From Chiloscyllium plagiosum (lineage: Eukaryota), in assembly GCF_004010195.1 (NCBI RefSeq), contig NC_057758.1, forward strand, positions 6,472,650 to 6,536,649: DNA of 64,000 nt, given 5' to 3'. The notes under the pieces were generated by a model that saw only the letters and a list, made by a program, of their open reading frames with translations, did no database searches and was not told the DNA's origin. The position numbers were made by a program, and so were the translations under genes. Positions 48,112 to 61,401 of this stretch are shown piece by piece. The first letter of the stretch is position 1; each line of letters starts with the position of its first letter.

Positions 48112-49392
48112 ATGAAAGCTGTGCTCTTGCTCCTCGGAACGTGGCCTTTTGAGGAGGCGAACACTGATAGCAGGAGGCTGAAAGGTAAGTAAATTGCCAC
48201 AGGTGGATGCATCCATCAGGAACTGATGTGAAGGATTCTTGACAAAGTAAAGACAGCATTCATCATTTCTAGCCAGGCCTGCTGCTGATTTCGATCCTGC
48301 TGGACTTGGAGATTCACACTGCATCGCAAAGTAGAACCAAAGAGGAAAGTTAAGACATCCAGAAGAAGGGGTAAAAGACAGAGTGAGAGTGCGAAATAAA
48401 CGTACAGTGAGTAATGAGGGAGTAAGAGAGAAGGATAATGGAGATTGAGAAAGGAAGAGGAGAGAACGGAAGCAAAAAGAAATGCAATAAATAAATGTAT
48501 TACTGAGAAAAATGGAGATGGAGACAGACGGTTAAGGTGTTAGAGAGAGGTTAATGAGGAAGGCAGAATGCAGATAAAAGGGGTTAGAAAGCGAAATAGA
48601 CAAGGTAGAATAATGAAAAGCTGAGAGAAAACAGAGATAGGCGTTGCAGTAAAATGGAAAACAGAGAGAGAACTGTGGTTGAGAAAGAGAATAATGAGGT
48701 ACAGAGAAAGAAGGTGAAGAGTTTTGAGAGATTTAAAAAAAAAACAGGCAGAGAAGAATGCGAGAGAATGAAAGCTACATGGAAAAAGGAATTGAAAAAA
48801 ATTGATATTGAGTCATGATTGTGAGAGTGTTTGGATGAAAACGTCAGAAAAAGACTAAAACAGGTATTGAATGACAACAGCGAGGGAGCACAAATAGCGG
48901 CAGTCGCGATATTAATTGAGACTGAGAGATTGATGTGGGAGAGAGAGGGATAAGAATAAAATGTGAACAGAAAATCAATTCACAAATGGAGAGAGAGAGA
49001 GAACCTTCATGTGATCTGTTTGTTGATTTGCGTTCTTCTGACATCGTCAGGATCCTTGCTTCTTACAGTCATGTCTAAATGCTTGCATAAAGTTAGGAGT
49101 TTCACTGACAGTTCTCGAGATTGGAGCAAGACATAGTCGGGAAGGGCAGAAGGACATCCAACCTACAGGTCCGTCTGAAACACCAGCACCATTGTATTCA
49201 CTCACCCTTAATTACTTTTCATTCGCAGGATATTGGTCTGCGGTATTGCCCCTTCCGCCGTTTGTTGGCAATCCCCAATTGTCCCCCTTGAGGAGAGTGG
49301 GGCAGAACTCCTCAGACTGCCTCAGTCCGTGTACCGTAGACAGAGCAGCAATAAAATGGCAGGGAGGCAGCTCCGTGATTTTGTCTGAGTGA
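48112..49392 (+). pseudogene. Candidate two-exon secreted-peptide gene or pseudogene (exons 48112-48184 and 49229-49392), defensin-like only with frameshifts
   Basis: MKAVLLLLG...K plus G|GTAAGT; acceptor cttaattacttttcattcgcag; Cys distributed over three frames; AATAAA at 49350. Confidence 0.3.
48360..49000 (+). repeat. GA-rich low-complexity tract
   Basis: Strong purine skew. Confidence 0.85.
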
Positions 49393-49439
49393 CAGCGAAT
49401 GAACAATCGATATATTTCACTTATACTTCATCCCATTCA

Positions 49440-50200
49440 TTCATAGGATTTGGAAGGCGTTGTCAGACAACAGGTATTGCTCTGTTACTTGGCCCCGTGA
49501 GAAAGTGGCAGTCAGCTGCTTTCTTGAAATAATGCAGTCCATGTGCTCAGTGTAGACCGGCCATTCCATCAGGGAAGGACTTCCACAATTTCAATCGAGC
49601 GGCACTGAATACATGGTGATATATTTGAAGTCAATATGGTGAGTGGCTTGGAGGGGAAAGTACAGGGGTTAGTGGTCAAATCTATCTGCTGCTCTTGTTC
49701 TTCTCTATGGAAATGAACGTGGGTTTCGAAGATTCTAACTGAGGAATTTTAGTAAATTTTTACAGTGCGTCTTTTAGATGGTACACATTGCTGCTGAGCA
49801 TTGCTGGCCAAGAGAGTGGATGTGTGTATATGTTTTGCGAATCAAGTGAGCTTTATTGTCATGGATCCAGTCAAGATTCTTGTGTGTAACAGCAGCTTCA
49901 AAAATCCAGACAGGTGGGTTTGACACTATTCACTTGTGCCTCGTCGATGATGAAACAATTTTGTGGGGAGTGGAGTTGGAGGTGAGGAGCTGGAGGGTAA
50001 GGAGCTGAGAAAGGCGCAGCAGAATTCCTAAACTCTAAATCGCTATTTAGCGAGTATATTGAGCTAGCTGCTCTAATTTAGTTTTTGGTTCAATTTGAAG
50101 GAACTCAATGTAAGTAGATGACGGCTGGGGGTCGGGGAATGGGGCGTGCGAGGTGTACATTAATGATGCCTCGATTGAACATCAAGGGACAATGTTTAGA
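49440..50200 (-). mobile_element. Decayed L2/CR1-group LINE 3' part, same family as 55930-57925
   Basis: gagtggcttggagggga is the reverse complement of the tcctccaagccactca motif at ~56475. Confidence 0.55.
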
Positions 50201-50559
50201 TTCTCTCGTAATGTTAACGTTTAGAACGTTGAAGGTTGGCAGGGAGTAATTCAGTTATGGTAACACCATTGAAGTTCAAGCGGCGACAATTACTGAAGGA
50301 GTGAGAAGGAGGCCAACTCGGAAGATTATGAGTGGGCATAAGTGGTGAAGGCTTGAAAGGATAACCTGAAAAACAATTGGGTTGATGAAAACCTCTGTAT
50401 GAATGAGTGAGGGTGGGGGAGTTGAGCTGATGGGCACTGTCAGCAGTGCGTCAGCATCACCTCCTACTTTTGATTCCAAGTAAAGACAACAAAGCTACAT
50501 GTTTCCACTTTATTCTGAATCTGAAAAGCATAAGTGCTCGACCTGTGTGTGTATTTGGA

Positions 50560-50845
50560 ATTCCTTAGGTATTATGTGTTATTGTAAATGTTGATATGTA
50601 TGCCTATCTGTCCCGATGTGGTTGTGTTGTGTAAGTTTGTATATGTGACTGTTTCCGTGAACCTTCCATTTCACGTGCGCGTCTGTGGCGTGTGGTGTGT
50701 TTTTGTGTGTGTGTGTGTTTCAGTCTCTGTGTTTATCTTTGTGTGTGCATTTATGATTCTATGCATGTATCTTTGTCTGTGTTTCTGTGTGCCTCTATGT
50801 CTGTGATTCTGTCTCTGTGTCTTAGTGCATTCCTGTGTGTATCGA
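50560..50845 (+). repeat. Degenerate (TG)n-rich tract
   Basis: Direct inspection. Confidence 0.8.
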
Positions 50846-51482
50846 TGATTTTGTTTTATTATGCACCTCTATTCAATGGGTTTTCTGTAATCGAGTCATA
50901 GAGTCCTAAAACATGCAGACATGCCCTTTGATCCAAACGGATCCATGCCAAACAAAATGTCCAACCACGCTAACCCCATTTCCTTCAAACTTGGCCCATA
51001 TGCTCCTAATCCTTTTCCATCCATGTATTTGTACAAATGACTTTTAAACTTTGTTAATGTATCCAATCACGTCCACTAACAGCTCATTCCATATGCAACC
51101 AATTCCATGTGTAAGGACGGTTTACCTCAGTTTCCATTTTATTATTTCCCATCTAACATTAAATTTGAGTCTTCCTTTTCTCGATTCTCAAACCTTGAGA
51201 AAAGGACTGTTTGCATTCACGCTATCCATGCCTCACATGTGACCTATTAGATACACACTCAGTCTCCTAAACGCGAATGTAAAAAAGACCTTGCTTGTCC
51301 AACCTCTCTCTATAACAGAGACCACTGAGACCTGACAGCATCCTTGTAAAATTTTGATGCAGTCTTTCCAGATTAATACCATCCTTCTTGCAGCAAGGTG
51401 ACCAAAACCGAACACAATACTCCAAGCGCATCTTCACCAATGTCCTGTAAAACATACCTTCTCAACTTCAACAATCATTGTC

Positions 51483-51725
51483 CTGGATTAGTGGTGCTGG
51501 AAGGGCACAGCAGTTCAGGCAGCATCCGAGGAGCAGTAAAATAGACGTTTCGGGCAAAAGTCCTTCATCAGGAATATTATTTCCCAGGAATATTATTCCT
51601 GATGAAGGGATTTTGCCCAAAATTTCGATTTTACTGCTCCTCGGATGCTGCCTGAAATGCTGTGCTCTTCCAGCACCACTAATCCAGAATCTGGTTTCCA
51701 GCATCTGCAGTCATTGTTTTTACCT
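51483..51725 (+). mobile_element. Palindromic Penelope-derived insert with hammerhead-like cores, within minus-strand CR1 sequence
   Basis: Arms 51483-51576 and 51594-51687; degenerate 18-bp TSD at 51468-51485 and 51729-51746 (15/18). Confidence 0.8.
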
Positions 51726-51729
51726 AGGT

Positions 51730-53130
51730 CAATAATCAATGCCCTGTCTAATGAAGGCGCGTGTTCCAAAAGCCCTCTGCACTGCCCTTGCTACCTGTGA
51801 CTCCACTTTCAGAGAACTGTGCACCTGAAATCCAAAGTCCCTCTGTGGCAATCCACTCATTAAAGCCCGACTATTCACCATGAAACACAGACCTTGATTT
51901 GACTTTCCAAAATGCAAGACCACACACTTATCTCAATTAACTATTATTTGCCATTTCTCGGCCCACTTCCCAAGATATCAAAGTTCTGCTTTCAATTGTC
52001 ACAATCTTCCTCACCTTCCACCATACATTTTTTTTTTGTTTTAGCGCTGTAGAACTTTGAACATGAAACAGTACAGGCCTTCCGGCCGTCAATGTTATGC
52101 CGACGAGTGAAATCCATCTGAAGCCCAATCAAACTCCACCATTCCAGTTTCGTCCATATGAAAACGCAATGACAATGTAAATGCCCTTAAATTTGGCGAG
52201 TCCACTACTGTTGCAGGCAGTGCATTCCAAGCCGCTACTGCTATCGGAGTAAAGAAACTAACTCGGGCATCTGTCAACCTTCAATTTAAAGCAATGCCCC
52301 CTCGTGCTAGCCAACACTGTCTGACGATAAACTAAGCACTCGCTGTGCACCCGATCCAACCCTCTGATCATCTTATAAGTCTCTACCAAGTCCCCCTCAA
52401 TTCTGCTCACCAACGAAAACAGCCTCAACTCCCTCAGAATTTCCTCGTAAGACCTTCTCTCCATACCAGCAGCATCCTCGGAAATCTCCTCTGAAACTGT
52501 TCCCAAGCTTCTACATCTTTCCAACAATGCAGTGACCAGAACTATCCATAAAAATCCAAGTGCGGCTGCAAAAGGGTTTTGTACCGTTGCAGCACGATCT
52601 CATGGTTCTGAAACTCAATCCCTCCACTAATAAAAGCTAACAATCCATATGCCTTCTAAACAACTGCATCAATGTGTTTGTCGACTTTCTCGGATCTATG
52701 TACATGGACACCGAGATGTCTCTGCTCATCTACACTCCCATAAGCTGAGAACTCTGCATTGCTGTTGCTCCTTCCAAACTTAAACACCCGACAATTTTCC
52801 GCATTAAATCCATTTGCAACTCTCAGCCCAGCGAGGCAGCGGACCTGAGAGTCTCTTAAACCAACAACATTCTTTTCCACTATCCACAACTCTACGGAAG
52901 GTAGAGTCATTAGCAGTTTTAACAACCCATTCTTCTGGGCCATAATGCAGGTCGTTTATAAAATGACAAGCAGCAGTGGACATAAAACAGATCCTTCATG
53001 TATAGCGCTAGCAAATGAACTCCAGGATGAACAATTCCCATCAACCTCCACACTCTGTCTTCTTTCAGTCAGCCAATTTCAGATCCAGACCACTAAATCA
53101 CTCCCAATCACATGCCTCTGTATTTTGCAC
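51730..53130 (-). mobile_element. CR1 LINE fragments (duplicate of 18040-19441)
   Basis: RIEGDLVETYKMIRGLDRV. Confidence 0.85.
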
Positions 53131-55734
53131 GGATTTCTTAGAACGTGGCTGATATTACATGAGACAATGTAATTCACAATCAGAACTGAGGGCTAGTCCA
53201 GTCAGTTCACAGTGACAAAAATTTGCAGAGAGCAACAGAATACAATAAAATAAGAAACTTGAACGTTCATAGGAGACGTGATGGGCAGGTTTGTAAAATA
53301 GAATGAGATAGGATTCTGCAATGCACAGGCAGGGATAGTGGTGGAGGCACATGAATATGTAAGGAATGGAGAGGTATGAAACAAGGACAGACATAAGGGA
53401 TTAGTTCCGCTTAGTGTCATGTTCGGCACAACATTATGGGTTGATGGGCCCATTAGTGTGATGTGCAGTTCTGTGTCCTGTATCAGTGGTAACAACAGTG
53501 CAGCGGCAAATTTACAGACAGAGCAGATCAGTGCAACACTCAGTCGTGTTGGTCTGGAGTCACATGTAAGGGCGAGCAAGTCAGAGGAAAATACGGTGGT
53601 ATGGTTCTGGAGTCAGATGTAGAAACAGAGTATGCCATTGGTACTCACAGTGCTGTGTGTCGAGCGTCATAGAATGACACAGTTAAAAAAACAGAATCTT
53701 TGCTCCAATTCGGTCATGCCGAAAAGATATCCAAAATTTATCGAACCCCATTTGGCAGCATTTACCGCATATCACTCTAATTGCTTCCTATTCAAATCCA
53801 CAACCAGGTGCCTTATAATATTATAATTGTTGCAGTATTTTGCACTTCCTCTGGCAGTTCATTTCATGCATGTGCCATCCTCTAGGCGAAAGGAAGATGG
53901 CCCTCAGGTCTTGTTTAAATCGTTCCCCTCTCTGCCTGAAACAGAGGCTCTTTCCTTTGGTCTCCCTTACCGTAGAGAAAGACAATACGTTGCACCCTAT
54001 CCATGCCCATCATGATGTTTTAAAAATTTATAAGGTCACCCATCAGCTCTAGGGACCAGGAAGAATTAGCCTCTTGAGACTAATCCTCAACGGCAAACCC
54101 GCCAAACGTGACGATATCCTTATAACTCCTTTGTGGTACCCACAGAGCTGTGGGTCTGCACTTTCATACAGAGACAGATCAGACGAGTCGTAACTGCAGT
54201 TCTGTGGGCTGTAGTCACGTTTAAATTCACAGCAGGTCAGTGGTAACCAGAGTGCTGTTCGTCTGTTGTCAAATGTATAGAGAGAGCAGGTCAATGGTAG
54301 CCACAGTGCTGTGGGTCTGGAGTCAAGAATGGAAACAACTTTAGAGAGTGGTAATCACCGTGTTCAGCGTCTGGAGTCACGTGCAGAAATAGAGGCATTT
54401 CTAAGCATAGTTTTGTTTCCCTATGTTACTTATTGAGACAGAGTTGGTCAATAATGCACTCCGTGCTATGGCCCTGTAGTCACAGAGCAGGTTAATAATA
54501 ACCACAGTGCTGTGAGTCTGAAGTCACCTGCACACACAGCGCGGGTGGGTACTAATCACATTGCTGTGGATCTGATTCAAATGCAGGTACAGTGCAGATG
54601 AGTGGTAACCAAAGAGCTTTGTTTTGGGGCTTATACTTAGAGAAGGAGCAAGTCACTGGAAACCACAGTGCGGTGTGGCTTGTCTCGCATTTAGAGACAG
54701 AGCAGTTCATAAATAACAACTATGCTCTCCTTCTGGTGTCACATGTAGTGCTAGAGTCGAACAGTAGCACCCACAGTGCTGTGGGTTCAGAGACACAGAT
54801 ACAAAGCAGATAGTGATAACGACGATGCCGTGGGTCTGGATACCAGTACTGAGCAGTTCAGTGGTAATCACCGTGCTGTGGGTCTGGAGTCTCATGATGA
54901 TACAGGGAAGATCAGTATATTGACAGTGCTGTTGGTCTGGAGTCAGATTATTGATAGAGCAGATTAGTGATATGCAGAGTGTCATGGATCTGGAGTCACA
55001 TATAGATCGTGCAGTTGACTGATAACCACCGTGCTTTTGGTTTGGAGTCAAATGCAGAGTGAAAACAGGTCAGGGGAAACCATTTTCTGGAAGGAGATGT
55101 TGAGACAGAGCAGATCAGTAGTACCCATATTGACGTCGGCCTGCAGTCATCGTTCATAGAAACGTACAATAAAGAAACAGAACCTTTTGTCACCCATGGC
55201 GACCAGCTATCCTAAATTTATCGAATCACATGTACCAATATTTGGTCCATATCCCTCCAAACCTTTCTTATTTAAAATCTCACTCAGATGTCTTTTACTT
55301 GTAGTAATTGTAGCAGACCCCAACACTTGCTCCGCCAGTTCATTTCATGGTCGCACTACACTGTGAGTGAAAAAAAAATTGCCCATTTCATGTCTACCTC
55401 CTCACACTGAAAAGCATGCCAGATAGTTTTGGGCACCAATAACCTGGGGGAAAGTCATGAACTATTCAACCTACCCATGCGTTTCATGTTTTTATAAACT
55501 TCTGTCAGGTTCCCGCGAAGCCTCTGATGCTCCAGAGAAAAAAAAGCAACATCAGTGCCGCTGTGTGTCTGGAGTCACATGCAAAAGGAGAAAGTAGTAT
55601 TGGTAACCACAATGTTGTGGGTGTGTAGTCGCGTATACAGACACGGAACGTCAGTGGTAATTGCAGTGCTGGGAGACGGGCGTCACTTGCAGAGACAGTG
55701 CAGCGGGTTGACAAGTGTCAAGGCAAATAGAAGA

Positions 55735-55920
55735 CTGCAGGTTCTGGCGATAAGAGGCCAGAGTGTGGTTCTGGAAAAGCACAACGGGCCAGACAGCATT
55801 CGAGGAGCAGGAAAATCAACGTTTCAGACTAAAGCCCTACCTCAGGAAGGGCTTTTGCCCATAACATTGATTTTCTTGCTCCTCGGATGCTGCCTGGTTT
55901 GCTGTCGTTTCTAGCACCAC
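55735..55920 (-). mobile_element. Decayed palindromic Penelope-derived insert
   Basis: ctggaaaagcac...cgaggagcaggaaaatcaacgtttc / gaagggcttttgccc...ctcctcggatgctgcctg. Confidence 0.65.
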
Positions 55921-55929
55921 ACCCTCAAC

Positions 55930-57925
55930 AGAAAAGTTGCAAGTCATATCCACGTCGTGCACATGCCAAGTTATGATCCCTACCAATTGACCCGACACAT
56001 TCAATGTTGTTACAATCAATGAGTCCCCACTATGAATATCCTGGGCTTTATGTTTGATAAGGAACTTAACTGTACTCACCACGTAAACACATTAGCGACA
56101 GGAAGAGGTCAGCGACTAGGAATACTGTGGCGAATAACTCAGGTCTTAACTACCCAAAGCCTCGGCATAATCTAAAAGATACAGGTCATGAGTGTGATGG
56201 ACTACTGCTCGCTTGTCTGGATGAGTGCAGCTGTAACAACACTTAAGAAGTTGTGAACCATCCAGGATAATGCAGTGCATGAATGGAAGTATATTCCCAT
56301 CTATCCAATCGCTCCAACGCCCACGCTCAGGAGTAGCAGTTTGTTTTTTATATCGGATGTCTTGACAAAATTCAGCAAATTTCTCTCAGATCACACTATT
56401 AAAACCCATGACCAATTTGCCTTACACGAAAAAGGGTAGCAGATTCATGGGGAAGCTATCATCTGCAAGGTCTCCTCCAAGCCACTCATATCCTGACTTC
56501 GAACAAACAAAAAGAAGTCTATCAAAGGAACAGGCCCTAGCCCTCCAAACCTTCGCCGAACATTATGCCCTAATGAAAATAAAACACAAGCCATCTGCCC
56601 TTCTTCCGTCGGTATCCCTCTATTCTCTCCCTATTCACGTACTGATCCAAATGGTTCTGAAATATCGTCAACCTGGTTGCTTTCATTACCTCATGTGGCA
56701 GTGCGTTCCAGTCTCCTACCCATCTTGCTGGATGTTCTTCCGTCGCACATCTCCATTGGCGAATTCTGATGCAAAGTTTTCATTTTGGTCCATGCATAAT
56801 TTCAACTGCGCGCCCTTGATCCTCGAGTGTGCCTGTTAATTCCTTGCGACACAGTTTCTTCTCATTTATGCATGAAATGTCCTAGGATTCTCCTTGACCC
56901 TGTTTGCTAAAGACATTTTGTGGTCGCTTTTAGGATTCTTAATTCCTCATTTAACCTCCTTACTAATTTTCTCTATCCACCCAAAGTGCTTCGTCAGTTT
57001 GTACCTGCCAATGTATATTATACTCTTCTTTTTCCTCTTTTTAAAGAAGCTTACAATTCGCCTTGTTACCCACAATTCCCGATTCTTGTCAGGCTTAACA
57101 TTCAAATTATTTTAATGTTTTGTAGTTTAATCAACTGGCCTATAAAAGCCTCACTATTTCCAGATACAGATTGGCCCTCAAATAACCGTCCAATCCACAT
57201 TCACCAGTTATTATCTAATTAAATGCAATTGAGCCTTTCTAAATTAAGCACTCTAATCAGGCGGCCACTCTTGTTCTTGTCCATGACTCCTCGAAATCTT
57301 ATGAATGTACAGTCACTAAGTCCAAAGTGCTCTTCTACTTCGCACTGATCTACTGTTCTGACACATTTTATAATCTCAAATCTAGTATGGCCGCGTCTCT
57401 AGTTAGATTGTCAATGTACTGTCTCAAAAGTAATCCTCCTGGACACATCCAATAATTTGATCTCCATCTGGTCCCCTGGATCTAAGTGAGTCCCAATCAG
57501 TAAACAGAAAGGTTAACGTCACAAATCACAAAATACCCTGTTTTCTCCAAACGTTTTCAGTAACTCACTACGTATCTGCGCCTCTGTCTCCTCTGAGCCC
57601 AGCGACGTCTCTCTGCCTATTCTTACTCTCGATGATGCCTATCTCGGTCTCACATTTGTCCCAACTCCCTGCACTGACTGGTTCGTTGTTCCGGTTCTGA
57701 TCCAATGCTACAACGGCTGAATCCTTCAGAAGATCTCCAGCCAATATATTTGGAATTATGTAGTTGTTCCGTCACTGTCGCTGGGACAAAATCCCTCCCT
57801 GATATCATTGTGGGTCAACAATAAACTGCAGCCTTTTAAAATGTATGCTCTCCACCGTGTTCTCAAGGGGATGTAGGGGTCGGCAATGAATGCTGGCCAA
57901 CCAGAAAAGCACAGCACCCATAACC
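55930..57925 (+). mobile_element. L2/CR1-group LINE 3' part (55930-56500 and 57745-57925) split by a minus-strand CR1 (~56505-57700)
   Basis: NILG..FDKELNCTHHVNTLATGRGQRLGILWR; tail ctcaagggga..aggg..ggcaatgaatgctggcc. Confidence 0.6.
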
Positions 57926-57986
57926 ACACCTTAAAATAAAATTCTCTGTCATGTTCAAGTTCAAGGATCCAAGTTCATCGGGTAAT

Positions 57987-58167
57987 AGGAGAAAGTGAGA
58001 TGCTGCAGATCAGAGCTGAAAAATGTGTTGTTGGAAAAGCACAGCAGTTGAGGCAGCATCAGAGGAGTAGGAGAATCGACGTTTCGGGCAGAAGCCCATC
58101 TTCAAGAATGACATCCGTTGATGCTGCCTGACCTGCTGCGCTTTTCCAGCAACACATTCTTCAGCTC
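57987..58167 (-). mobile_element. Palindromic Penelope-derived insert with an internally deleted arm
   Basis: gagctgaaaaatgtgttgttggaaaagc ... cttttccagcaacacattcttcagctc. Confidence 0.75.
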
Positions 58168-59304
58168 ATCGGTTAATAGACCAGTCAAGGAGAATGTTGG
58201 CCGATAATTCAAAGAGAATAGTGTGCATAATTAAGTTGATCAAATTATACAAGATATGAGTCACACCACTGCTCTAATTTTGCAAACAGACTTTTTTAAT
58301 CGCTATTTTAAAGAAAAAGTGTGCTTAATGGTTGGGCCAGAATTTATTACTCATCTCTACTTTCCATCTGTCCATTGCCTACGCATTAAATATATATTCA
58401 ACGTTGTCAGCTCTGGTCAATGATTCAAAACAGGTCATCTTTCAAACGAACATAACGAGCACGCTCCCAATACACGAGAATGGAAGACCTTGGACGGTGG
58501 GATTGACATTGCTTTTGAAGGTGGTTGACATGTAACGTTTGCATTTTTAATCTGTCCAAAACATTAATCATAAAGTAACTTATGGTGGACGCTGGAAATC
58601 TGAAATAACGCCCTAAAAATGCTTCAGAAAAGAATTCTACACTGGAATGATTAGTGTTTTCTTTCCTCCCTCAATTGACGCTATTCGACTTGACGTGAAT
58701 TCCACGGATTTCGGGTGTAGTTTTCAGCAGATAACCGTAGTTAAATCATCTTAAAGTTTCAGTGCACATCTCTGATCACCATTTCCCTAATGCCTTTCAA
58801 ACTGTATGTATTTTTATCTTCCTCATTTTAATCTGTCCACCACATGTAATGTATCCAAATCATTTCATACTGATCATTTCTTCCTCCGTGTCTCTTGATT
58901 ACTTTCTCCATTTGGAAGAAAGGTAAATATAGACATACGTACAGTAAGATCCAGTCTTTAACTGACTCCTCTTCTACACGTGTGTTTGCAATGATTGAAT
59001 GGCTTTTCCAGCAAAAGATTTCCGAATTTTGTGACCGTATAGCCTACTTTGAATTGAGTGTTTGATTTAAGTTGTATGCTGCACACCTAGAATTTATAAC
59101 CTGGTTTGCCTGAACCATGGAACATGATTTGAAGTCAATACATTTGATTTTCTAGTTGTTCGGATTACTCTAATTTAATAGTTTGACACTCAAATAGATT
59201 ACTAATATCACTGAAGCGGTTTCTCAATACAAAAGTGGCTTGCATTGAAGAAATTTCTATTTTTCAGCAGTAAACATCAGTGAGTCCACAACATCAGTGC
59301 CTAC

Positions 59305-59374
59305 TTCAAGTATTCAGTAATTTTCCAGGTAGAGGGTATGTTTTACCCTATACTTGCAGCTGTTGGTGTTACTT
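59305..59374 (+). pseudogene. GPR139/GPR142-like GPCR pseudogene, exon 1
   Basis: KYSVIFQVEGMFYPILAAVGVT fits the YYPILAAVGVP TM1 pattern of this family; donor decayed. Confidence 0.65.
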
Positions 59375-60319
59375 GCAAAACTATCACTCTAGTGTTGGTT
59401 ACATAAGATAATATTTAACTGTGTTGTAATGTTCATGAATAAAATTTAACATGTTTGCCAGGATTTACTCATTTCTAAGCCAAGTCATTCTCCCAGAGGC
59501 TGGACGCAAAAATCTTTTCTTGTTTTGCTCGGACTACAGAAATCTGACAGATCAATAAACACTATGGAAGTTCTGTAATTCCAAAATAAAACAATTGCTC
59601 CAAATTATTTCAATTCTTACATATTATGGCATATATTGGTTGAAACAAAATACTTGAATTGATTGATATGCATCCTTGAAGGCTTTTGAAATACATAAAT
59701 GATATGATTTAATATCAACGTAAGTCACGAGGTGATTATCTTTTCTTTATCATCATATTTTATGTGTCCCCTGACCGCCATGCATAAATATACCTGCCAG
59801 TCTTGATGATCTATTGAACCCGTTCTCATTTGCCACAGTTTTGACTGACTGCAATCTGAGTACACTGCATAGTAAAGTTTACTTTAGCTATTTTTTGTTA
59901 TATAATCCTACACTGAGAGATACAAGAAGTTAGGTTTAGAAACATCGGGATAAGTGATTTATTTTTATTTCCACCAGGTAAAAATAGTGTGACGTCTTAT
60001 TATCTTGGATCAGTATTCACACTGCATTATATCTGATGATACATACAATATAAATCTCGAACATGAACATTCGAATTATTTTATAATCCGTTGGAAAATA
60101 TGTGCTTTATTCGATCTGTGGTTATTTGGGTGAAGCATTTACATGTTGATCTTGCCACATCTTGCTTTGTGTGTTGTAAACTGCATGGGTTACTCTGTCC
60201 AGTTTATTTTCACTCTATCATCTGCATGTAAGATTTCACTCTATGGTCTGCTTCTACTGATCACAAAAAATCTTTTCACCATATTTAGTTACACGGGAAA
60301 ATAAATCAAATCAATTCAA

Positions 60320-60975
60320 ATCATAGACTGTTGAGAAGAAATCGGAATATTACTGTTAAGGTGCAAAATCACGGTACTTTCTCAGGAAAAAAAGAGGTTT
60401 CAAACACAAGATACCATGAATTGAGCGTAAACGACTGACAGCAATCGCAGCATCCTACAACCACAATTGCTATTCTCAGCCTGTAGTATCTGGACTTTAT
60501 GTCAGGCCAGAAATGTGTGTAAATCCATCAACTGTGAAAGCAACCGAGAACCAAACACAACAGGGCAGGGCCATAAGAAACAGAACAATTCTGAATGCAC
60601 ACAGAGGGTGGATGTCCAAGAATGCAACGGGGCAATGAATATTGTTAATTCTGTCCAGCAGAACATTGCAAATGATAAGTATTAGATCTGTTCCTGTCAA
60701 TGCCAACAAGCAGCAAGTCACAGGCAGCATCCGAGGAACAGGAGAATCGACGTTTCGGGCAAAAACTCTTCTTCAGAAATTCCGAAAGAAGGGCTTATGC
60801 CCGAAACGTCGATTCTCCTGTTCCTCGGATGCTGCCTGATTTGCTGCGTTTTTCCAGCAACACGTTTTCAGCTCTGATCTCCAGCATCTGCCGTCCTCAC
60901 TTTCTCCTCTAACATTTAGCTTAATTTTCTTCAATGTTCAAGAGAAAGAATTGCATATACCGTGAGGCTGATCAG
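60320..60975 (-). pseudogene. Inverted partial GPR139-like exon 2 (TM1 end to ECL2), interrupted by a Penelope-derived insert
   Basis: LLALTGTDLILIICNVLLDRINNI...LCAFRIVLFLMALPCCVWFSVAFTVDGF; continues IKSRY...IAIVV...WYLVFE...VP*FC. Confidence 0.75.
60710..60908 (+). mobile_element. Palindromic Penelope-derived insert
   Basis: caggcagcatccgaggaacaggagaatcgacgtttcgggc / gcccgaaacgtcgattctcctgttcctcggatgctgcctg. Confidence 0.85.
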
Positions 60976-61401
60976 ACAGTTTCAGCTTACACAATGATTC
61001 CGCATGATAATGTGTCCCTTCCTGTTTCAGCTGCCATAAACATATATGTAATCTTGCCCTGAAATATGGATAGGGAGACTCAGTAAATAAATAATTCATC
61101 ATCTAACAACCTGTTGAACTTACAATAAATGAAAATGAAAATTAATTACATCAGTGAATTGTTTAGTGACCATAGTCGCGTGGAACTTCATTTAAGACTT
61201 ACTTTAGATCCTTTACGAATCCCAGCTAATTCAGGAGATGTAGCCTTAACTTTATTTACTAAAGCAGTATTTTCCTCTATTTCTCAACTCCAATCATAAG
61301 TGTTCCAATGGAAGTAGAATAAAATAAAATGGGATAATGCACTAAGTTTACCCAGAACTCTTGTACATCGTGTTTGGAAACCTGGCTCTTTGATTCCCTG
61401 G

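Larger units (their letters stand above)
37082..55700 (+). repeat. Segmental duplication copy B
   Basis: Collinear with copy A (see 6035-25690). Confidence 0.95.

Noticed and set aside
48584..48877. Hydrophobic Phe/Leu/Ser-rich ORF as a membrane protein
   Set aside because: Antisense translation of the GA-rich low-complexity tract
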